Positions 54,849-60,648 of a stretch of DNA of 60,648 bases are shown one piece after another. The stretch is from assembly GCA_045530715.1 (NCBI GenBank), contig JAZSCR010000173.1:1-60648 (forward strand), written 5' to 3'. Source of the stretch: Eubacteriales bacterium (lineage in GTDB: Bacteria > Bacillota > Clostridia > Oscillospirales > UBA644). Position numbers and translations under genes: made by a program. The number at the start of each line of letters is the position of its first letter. Within the stretch, counting starts at the first letter, position 1. The notes under the pieces are model-generated. The model saw only the letters and a program-made list of their open reading frames with translations, had not been told where the DNA came from and did no database searches.

Positions 54849-55447
54849 AAGAAAAGTTTTTGTTAGCTTCAAATAACAAGAAAAAGCTTGCCGAGCTTAT
54901 TGCAATAGCAGGTGAAAAATACGACGTTGTTTCTCTTGCTCAGGCAGGTGTAGAGTCCGACCCTGAGGAAAACGGAAAGACGTTTGAGGAAAACTCGTAT
55001 ATAAAAGCCTATTCCGCAATGAAGGCCTCGGGAATGCCCGCAATAGCCGACGACAGCGGCCTTCAGGTGTACGCTCTTAACGGAGAGCCCGGAGTTTATT
55101 CAGCAAGATATGCCGAAATCAACGGCAGATGCACCGAGAGCAACGATGCTGAAAACAACGCACTCCTTCTTGAAAAAATGAAGTGCGTTAAAGACAGAAG
55201 ATGCGCTTTCGTTTCATATATTACCCTTGTCTATCCCGACGGTAGAAAAATAACCGCCGAGGGCAGATGCGAGGGCGAAATACTTACCGAGCCCAGAGGC
55301 ACGAACGGTTTTGGATACGACCCGTTGTTTTATATCCCCGAGCTTGGTAAGACGACGGCGGAGCTTTCTTCCGAGGAAAAGAACGCCATAAGCCATCGTG
55401 GAAAATCATTGAAAATTCTATTTGATAAATTAGGAGAAACCAAATAA
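54845..55447 (+). CDS. rdgB: Non-canonical purine NTP pyrophosphatase (RdgB/HAM1)
   Basis: ASNNKKK, DDSGL and GFGYDP motifs. The GTG start overlaps the ftsY stop (GTGA). Confidence 0.88.
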   Translation: MKEKFLLASNNKKKLAELIAIAGEKYDVVSLAQAGVESDPEENGKTFEENSYIKAYSAMKASGMPAIADDSGLQVYALNGEPGVYSARYAEINGRCTESNDAENNALLLEKMKCVKDRRCAFVSYITLVYPDGRKITAEGRCEGEILTEPRGTNGFGYDPLFYIPELGKTTAELSSEEKNAISHRGKSLKILFDKLGETK

Positions 55448-55738
55448 ATGATAACAACCAAACAGAGAGCCTATTTAAGAGGTCTTGCAAATTCCGCAGA
55501 AACCATTCTCCAGATAGGCAAGAACGGAATTGATGAAAATACTGTAAAGCAGGTAAACGACGCCCTTGATGCAAGAGAAATAGTAAAGGGCAGGTGCCTT
55601 GAAAACTCGGGTATTACTCCCAGAGAAGCAGTGCAGCATCTTGCAGAGGTATGCAACGCAGAGATAGTTCAGGTTATTGGCTGGAGATTCGTTCTCTACC
55701 GTCCTGCAAAGAAACCCGTTATAGTTCTTCCCAAATAA
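55448..55738 (+). CDS. yhbY: YhbY-family (CRM domain) ribosome-assembly RNA-binding protein
   Basis: A 96-aa ORF with LRGLAN...ILQIGKNGI and GWRFVLYR motifs. Confidence 0.85.
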   Translation: MITTKQRAYLRGLANSAETILQIGKNGIDENTVKQVNDALDAREIVKGRCLENSGITPREAVQHLAEVCNAEIVQVIGWRFVLYRPAKKPVIVLPK

Positions 55739-55750
55739 TAAGAGGTCTGT

Positions 55751-56992
55751 ATGAAAATAGGACTTTTTGGGGGAACCTTTAATCCCTTTCATATGGGACA
55801 CCTTAAAGCTCTCAAGGCTTTTTCCGCCTTTCTCGGCGACGGAAAGGTGATAGTTATGCCCACCGGCACGCCTCCCCATAAGAAATTCGAAAGGGAGATA
55901 AGTGACGACCACAGGCTGGAAATGGTCAACGTTGCCGTTGGCGGCATGAGAAACGTTTACGTTTCGGATTACGAGATAAAAAACGGAGAGAAAAGCTTTA
56001 CTGCCGAAACTCTCAAATGGCTTAAAAACAGCCTTTCACCCGATGCAGAGATATACCTTTATACAGGGTCTGATATGTTTATGACCGTTGATAAATGGCG
56101 CGACCCCGAAACCATATTTTCAATAGCAAATATAGTTTGTCTTTCAAGAACGGGACATGATAAAGATGAGCTTCTTGAACAAAAGGACAGGCTTGAGAGA
56201 GAGTACGGGGCAAGATGTCGGGTGATACCCTTTGAGCCTATCGAAATCTCCTCTTCTGACGTGAGGAAAATGATAAGGGAAAAGGATGAAGACGTAAGGC
56301 TCTATCTTCCCGAAAGCGTTTACGCATTTTTGACCGAGAATGAGCTTTATTCAAAGCCTCTGCCTCAACCGGAAAGGCCCTCTTCCGATTACGGAGAATA
56401 TATGCAGCTTCTTTCCGTAAGACTCAATCCTCACCGCTATCAACATAGCCTTGGGGTTATGGAAACTATGGAGAAGCTTGCCGTTAAATACGGAGCTGAC
56501 GTTGAGAAAGCAAAGCTGGCAGGCCTTTTACACGACATTACCAAAAACGATTCTCCCGAGGAGCAGAAGGCCCTTATAAATAAATATAAGATTCCCGCTG
56601 ACGAGGCTCAGCTCAGATACGGAAAGCTGCATCATTCTTTGACGGCTCCTTACGTTTTAAAGTATGAGTTGGGAATCGAAGATGAGGAGATTTTGTCTGC
56701 AGTAAGGTATCACACCACGGGCAGAGCCAATATGACTCTCCTTGAAAAGCTCCTTTACGTTGCGGATTATGTTGATCCCACGCGAGATTACGAGGACGTT
56801 GAGTTTTACAGAAAATTGGCGTTTTCGGATATAGATAGAGCGGCATTCCTCTGTTTGGTTTATACAATGGAGGACTTGTCAAGTCAGAAAAGTTTTATTC
56901 ACAAGGATACTTACGACGCCTATCAGTACTACGTAAGATATTATGAAGACAATCCCGATAAAGTGTTTGATGAAAACAGTATTCGGATATAG
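55751..56992 (+). CDS. nadD: Fusion of nicotinate-nucleotide adenylyltransferase (NadD) and the HD-domain Ap4A hydrolase YqeK
   Basis: The N-terminal half has GGTFNPFHMGH and ISSSDVR. The C-terminal half has HRYQHSLGV...LLHDITK (HD domain). It is a single uninterrupted 413-codon frame. Confidence 0.85.
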   Translation: MKIGLFGGTFNPFHMGHLKALKAFSAFLGDGKVIVMPTGTPPHKKFEREISDDHRLEMVNVAVGGMRNVYVSDYEIKNGEKSFTAETLKWLKNSLSPDAEIYLYTGSDMFMTVDKWRDPETIFSIANIVCLSRTGHDKDELLEQKDRLEREYGARCRVIPFEPIEISSSDVRKMIREKDEDVRLYLPESVYAFLTENELYSKPLPQPERPSSDYGEYMQLLSVRLNPHRYQHSLGVMETMEKLAVKYGADVEKAKLAGLLHDITKNDSPEEQKALINKYKIPADEAQLRYGKLHHSLTAPYVLKYELGIEDEEILSAVRYHTTGRANMTLLEKLLYVADYVDPTRDYEDVEFYRKLAFSDIDRAAFLCLVYTMEDLSSQKSFIHKDTYDAYQYYVRYYEDNPDKVFDENSIRI

Positions 56993-57006
56993 AAAGGAAA
57001 AGCAAT

Positions 57007-57372
57007 ATGGATAGCTACGAAATGATGAAAACAGCAGTCAAGGCTCTTGACGGCAAAAAGGGTATTGATATCAAGGTTCTCGATATCGGTAACGTTTCAT
57101 CTCTTGCCGACTATTTGGTTATCTGCAACGGTACCTCAACCTCACAGATCAAGGCTCTTGCCGACGAATGTGAGTATCAGCTTGAACAGAAGGGCTTTAC
57201 CGTTGACCACAGAGAAGGCCTGAATAACGGCGGTTGGGTGCTTTTGGACTATATAGACATTATAGTTCACGTTTACAACAACGAATCAAGAAAATTTTAC
57301 GATCTCGAAAGATTCTGGAAGGACGGAGTAGAGATTGATATAAACCAGATTTTGGAAGGTGAAGAAAAATGA
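57007..57372 (+). CDS. rsfS: Ribosome silencing factor RsfS
   Basis: A 121-aa ORF with ADYLVICNGTS and WVLLDYIDIIVHV motifs. Confidence 0.88.
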   Translation: MDSYEMMKTAVKALDGKKGIDIKVLDIGNVSSLADYLVICNGTSTSQIKALADECEYQLEQKGFTVDHREGLNNGGWVLLDYIDIIVHVYNNESRKFYDLERFWKDGVEIDINQILEGEEK

Positions 57373-59774
57373 ACCATGATTTCAAAGTCATAGAACAGAA
57401 ATGGCAGAAAAAATGGGAAGAAGCAGGGGTGTTCAACGCATCCGATAAGGACCGTTCAAAGCCTAAGTTTTACGCCCTTGTTGAATTCCCTTATCCCAGC
57501 GGTGCCGGTATGCACGTTGGTCATATAAAGGCCTATTCCGGCCTTGAGGTGGTTTCCAGAAAGAGAAGAATGGAAGGCTACAACGTACTCTTCCCCATAG
57601 GCTTCGACGCCTTCGGTCTTCCCACTGAAAACTACGCAGTTAAGACCAATACTCATCCCCGTATAGTAACGGATAACAATATCGAAAAGTTTACCTCTCA
57701 GCTTAAGAGAGTAGGCTTTTCCTTTGACTGGACGAGAGTTGTTGATACTACCGAGGAAAACTACTATAAGTGGACCCAGTGGATATTCAGAAAGATGTTT
57801 GACAAGGGACTTGTTTTCCGTGCAACTACTTTGGTAAACTACTGCCCTCACTGTAAGGTTGTTCTTTCCAACGAAGACTCCCAGGGTGGTAAGTGCGATA
57901 TCTGCCACAGCGATATCGTTCAGAAGTCCAAGGACGTATGGTATCTCCGTATTACCGAGTATGCCGATAAGCTTCTCCAGGGCCTCGAAAAGGTTGACTA
58001 CCTTCCCAACGTTAAGCTGCAGCAGGAAAACTGGATAGGCCGTTCAGAGGGCGCGTTTGTCAACTTTGCTCTTACCGGCTGTGACGAAAGCCTCCGTATC
58101 TATACGACCAGATGCGATACCATGTTCGGCGTTACCTTTATGGTTATCGCTCCTGAGCATCCCGTTATTGAAAAATACAGAGATAGAATCAATAATATTG
58201 ACGAGCTTGATGCTTATAAAGAGGAATGCGCAAAGAAGACCGAGTTTGAAAGAACTCAGCTTGTTAAAGATAAGACGGGTGTAAGAATAGACGGTATCGC
58301 CGCTATAAATCCCGCTAACGGCAAGGAAATCCCCGTATATATCTCCGACTACGTTATGATGGGCTACGGTACCGGTGCTATAATGGCAGTTCCCGCCCAC
58401 GACGAGTGTGACTATGAATTTGCAAAGAAATTCGGCATAGATATTATAGAGGTAATCAAGGGGGGAGATGTTTCTGAAGCCGCATATACAGGCGACGGAG
58501 AAATGGTTAACTCCGACTTCCTCAACGGCATAGCCACAAAGAAGGAAGCTATCGAAAAGATGCTCTCTTTCCTTTCCGAAAAGGGTATAGGTGAAAAGGG
58601 CGTTCAGTACAAGATGAAGGACTGGGCATTCAACCGTCAGAGATATTGGGGCGAACCTATTCCTATCGTTCACTGTCCCCATTGCGGAATGGTTGGCGTA
58701 CCCTATGAAGAGCTTCCCCTTAAGCTTCCCAAGGTTGAAAACTTTGAGCCCGGTGAAGGCGGTGAAAGCCCCCTGGCAAAGATCGACTCCTTTGTTAACT
58801 GCACCTGCCCCAAGTGTGGCGCTCCCGCAAAGAGAGAAACCGATACCATGCCCCAGTGGGCAGGCTCCTCCTGGTACTTCCTCAGATATATCGACCCTCT
58901 TAACGACGAGGTTTTTGCAGACCAGAATAAGTTGAAGTATTGGCTTCCCGTAGACTGGTATAACGGCGGTATGGAGCACGTTACCCGTCATATGATATAC
59001 TCCAGATTCTGGCACAGATTCCTTTACGATATCGGCGAGGTTCCTGTAGACGAACCTTACGCAAAGAGAACCGCTCAGGGTCTTATTCTCGGGCCCGACG
59101 GCGAAAAGATGAGTAAGAGTAAGGGTAACGAAAGTGAGCCCAACGACGTTGTTGATGAATACGGCGCCGACGTATTGAGAGTATACATACTCTTTATGGG
59201 TGACTACGGCTCGGCTGCTCCCTGGAGTGAAAACGGCGTTAAGGGCTGTAAGAGATTCCTTAACAGAGTCGCAGGACTTTACGAAATGGCTCATGGTAGC
59301 GGTTCTACTCCTAAGATTGCGGCTGCTCTTCATAAGACCATAAAGAAGGTTACTGAGGATATTGAGGAGATGAAGTTCAATACCGCTATTGCGGCAATGA
59401 TGTCACTCCTTAACGATATCTATGATTGCGGAACTCTTACCGTAGACGAGCTTAAGCTCTTCCTTGGTATACTTTGTCCCTTTGCTCCCCATATCGCAGA
59501 GGAAATGTGGGAAAAGCTTGGGGGTAAAGGATTCCTTGCCCTTGCAAAATGGCCTGAATACGACGAAAAACTTACCGTTGAGTCGGTTATCGAGGTTCCC
59601 GTGCAGATAAACGGTAAGCTTAAGACAGTTCTTTCAGTTCCTGCAGATTCTTCCAAGGAAGATATCATCGCGGCTGCAAAGGCTGATGAAAAGGTTGCTT
59701 CCAACCTTAACGGCAAAACCGTTGTAAAAGAAATATACGTTCCCGGCAAACTTGTGAACCTTGTGGTTAAGTAA
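57369..59774 (+). CDS. leuS: Leucine--tRNA ligase
   Basis: HIGH-type motif (MHVGH), KMSKS (EKMSKSKGN) and a CP1 editing domain. 801 aa. The start overlaps the rsfS stop (ATGA). Confidence 0.95.
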   Translation: MNHDFKVIEQKWQKKWEEAGVFNASDKDRSKPKFYALVEFPYPSGAGMHVGHIKAYSGLEVVSRKRRMEGYNVLFPIGFDAFGLPTENYAVKTNTHPRIVTDNNIEKFTSQLKRVGFSFDWTRVVDTTEENYYKWTQWIFRKMFDKGLVFRATTLVNYCPHCKVVLSNEDSQGGKCDICHSDIVQKSKDVWYLRITEYADKLLQGLEKVDYLPNVKLQQENWIGRSEGAFVNFALTGCDESLRIYTTRCDTMFGVTFMVIAPEHPVIEKYRDRINNIDELDAYKEECAKKTEFERTQLVKDKTGVRIDGIAAINPANGKEIPVYISDYVMMGYGTGAIMAVPAHDECDYEFAKKFGIDIIEVIKGGDVSEAAYTGDGEMVNSDFLNGIATKKEAIEKMLSFLSEKGIGEKGVQYKMKDWAFNRQRYWGEPIPIVHCPHCGMVGVPYEELPLKLPKVENFEPGEGGESPLAKIDSFVNCTCPKCGAPAKRETDTMPQWAGSSWYFLRYIDPLNDEVFADQNKLKYWLPVDWYNGGMEHVTRHMIYSRFWHRFLYDIGEVPVDEPYAKRTAQGLILGPDGEKMSKSKGNESEPNDVVDEYGADVLRVYILFMGDYGSAAPWSENGVKGCKRFLNRVAGLYEMAHGSGSTPKIAAALHKTIKKVTEDIEEMKFNTAIAAMMSLLNDIYDCGTLTVDELKLFLGILCPFAPHIAEEMWEKLGGKGFLALAKWPEYDEKLTVESVIEVPVQINGKLKTVLSVPADSSKEDIIAAAKADEKVASNLNGKTVVKEIYVPGKLVNLVVK

Positions 59775-59812
59775 TCACATTTATATAATTATTTAAACGG
59801 AGGTCTATTAAA

Positions 59813-60648
59813 ATGGACAAACTCAGAATTGGTATTATTGGTACCGGCGGTATCGCACACGCTCACGCCAGAGCATATCAGACTTTTGACGACGTAGAAA
59901 TCGTTGCAGGTGCTGACATCGTTCCCGGTAAGGCAAGAGCATTCCTTGATGAATTCGGTTGGACCGAAGCTGACGCATACGAAACTTGCGAAGAACTCTG
60001 CGCAAGAGACGACATTGACGCAGTTTCTATCTGTACTTACAATACTCAGCACGCTCCCTGTGCTATCGCTGCTCTTCTCAGCGGCAAGCACGTTCTCCTT
60101 GAAAAGCCCATGACCGTTACCCTTGAAGATGCGCTTGCTATTCGCAAGGCTGAAAAGGAATCCGGTAAGATAATCACCATCGGCTTCCAGCCCAGATATG
60201 GTAGCAACATGAAGAAGGTTAAGGACATAATTGCTTCCGGTACCCTCGGTGACGTTTACTACATCCAGTCCGGTGGCGGCAGAAGAAGAGGTATTCCCGG
60301 TAACAAGACCTTTATCTCCAAGGATACAGCAGGTGTTGGCGCTCTTGCCGATATCGGTTGCTACGGTCTTGACTTCGCTCTTAACTCTGTTGGCTATCCC
60401 AAGCCCCTTACCGTTTCCGCTGTAACTTACGATAACTTCGGTAAGAATCCCCAGTACTACAAGAACGCTGAGTTCTTTGAAGTTGACGACTTTGCAGGTG
60501 CTTTCATCAGACTTGAAGGCGGCATCACCCTCGACTACAGAATGGGTTGGGCAATGCATATGGACACTACCGGCGACTTCCTCTTCCTTGGTAAAGAAGG
60601 CGGTCTTAAGATCAAGCAGCCTTCCCTCGGCACCTGGGGCGGCGCATG
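59813..60648 (+). CDS. Gfo/Idh/MocA-family NAD(P)-dependent oxidoreductase, 3'-truncated by the window end
   Basis: My translation starts MDKLRIGIIGTGGIAHAHARAYQ...HVLLEKPM (Rossmann GxGxxG plus the EKP motif). GGAGG RBS. The frame is open to the window edge and is not in the ORF track. The listed minus-strand ORF 59789-60559 is its shadow. Confidence 0.85.
   Translation, partial: MDKLRIGIIGTGGIAHAHARAYQTFDDVEIVAGADIVPGKARAFLDEFGWTEADAYETCEELCARDDIDAVSICTYNTQHAPCAIAALLSGKHVLLEKPMTVTLEDALAIRKAEKESGKIITIGFQPRYGSNMKKVKDIIASGTLGDVYYIQSGGGRRRGIPGNKTFISKDTAGVGALADIGCYGLDFALNSVGYPKPLTVSAVTYDNFGKNPQYYKNAEFFEVDDFAGAFIRLEGGITLDYRMGWAMHMDTTGDFLFLGKEGGLKIKQPSLGTWGGA

Noticed and set aside
1-60648. I looked for CRISPR arrays, tRNA/rRNA genes, IS elements, integrases, prophage genes, toxin-antitoxin pairs and known defence-system genes.
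   Set aside because: I found no regularly spaced direct repeats and no transposase, recombinase or nuclease/ATPase defence signatures in any frame. The intergenic gaps are short and are accounted for by promoters and terminators.

Overview
This 60.6-kb window is mostly housekeeping DNA from a Bacillota, Clostridia-type chromosome. That placement rests on the rnfCDGEAB operon, a clostridial 2x[4Fe-4S] ferredoxin, yaaT-holB and yqe-type gene neighbourhoods, and a GC content in the mid-40s judged by eye. I found no rRNA, tRNA, CRISPR array, transposase, integrase, phage gene or recognisable defence gene.

Gene order:
- mreB-mreC-mreD-PBP2, a MinD-like ATPase and an MgsA-like protein (+)
- hisS-aspS, running straight into a 4-gene GldA/F/G-like ABC plus DUF4340 cassette (+)
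- thrS, rpsU (missed by the ORF track), yqeG, a TIM-barrel protein and pepP (+)
- hemZ-like, an SGNH esterase, an MBL hydrolase, dtd, relA and recJ (-)
- one isolated, very large multidomain lipoprotein gene (+)
- pgm, a TSCPD protein, rlmH, an MBL hydrolase, murA, a LysM-G5-M23 peptidase, rsmI and a methyltransferase (-)
- ferredoxin (missed by the ORF track), yaaT, holB, a PLP decarboxylase, a small membrane ORF and rnfBAEGDC (-)
- rpmB and a SIS plus BadF-type kinase pair (-)
- smc-ftsY-rdgB-yhbY, a nadD::yqeK fusion, rsfS-leuS and a partial Gfo/Idh/MocA oxidoreductase (+)

The most unusual element is the monocistronic ~1130-aa lipoprotein at 27064-30468. It combines four tandem Cys/His repeats, a PstS-like binding domain and RsiV/PdaC-like modules. 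It has its own promoter and terminator, and its codon usage looks different from its neighbours.

Secondary curiosities:
- a MinD paralog with no membrane-targeting tail and no MinC/MinE partner
- an MgsA-like protein with substituted catalytic residues
- a NadD-YqeK fusion
- a 51-codon membrane ORF translationally coupled to rnfB
- a structured rpsU leader
- four aminoacyl-tRNA synthetase genes with no T-box leader

All homology calls come from reading the translations and recognising motifs from memory. No database search was run.
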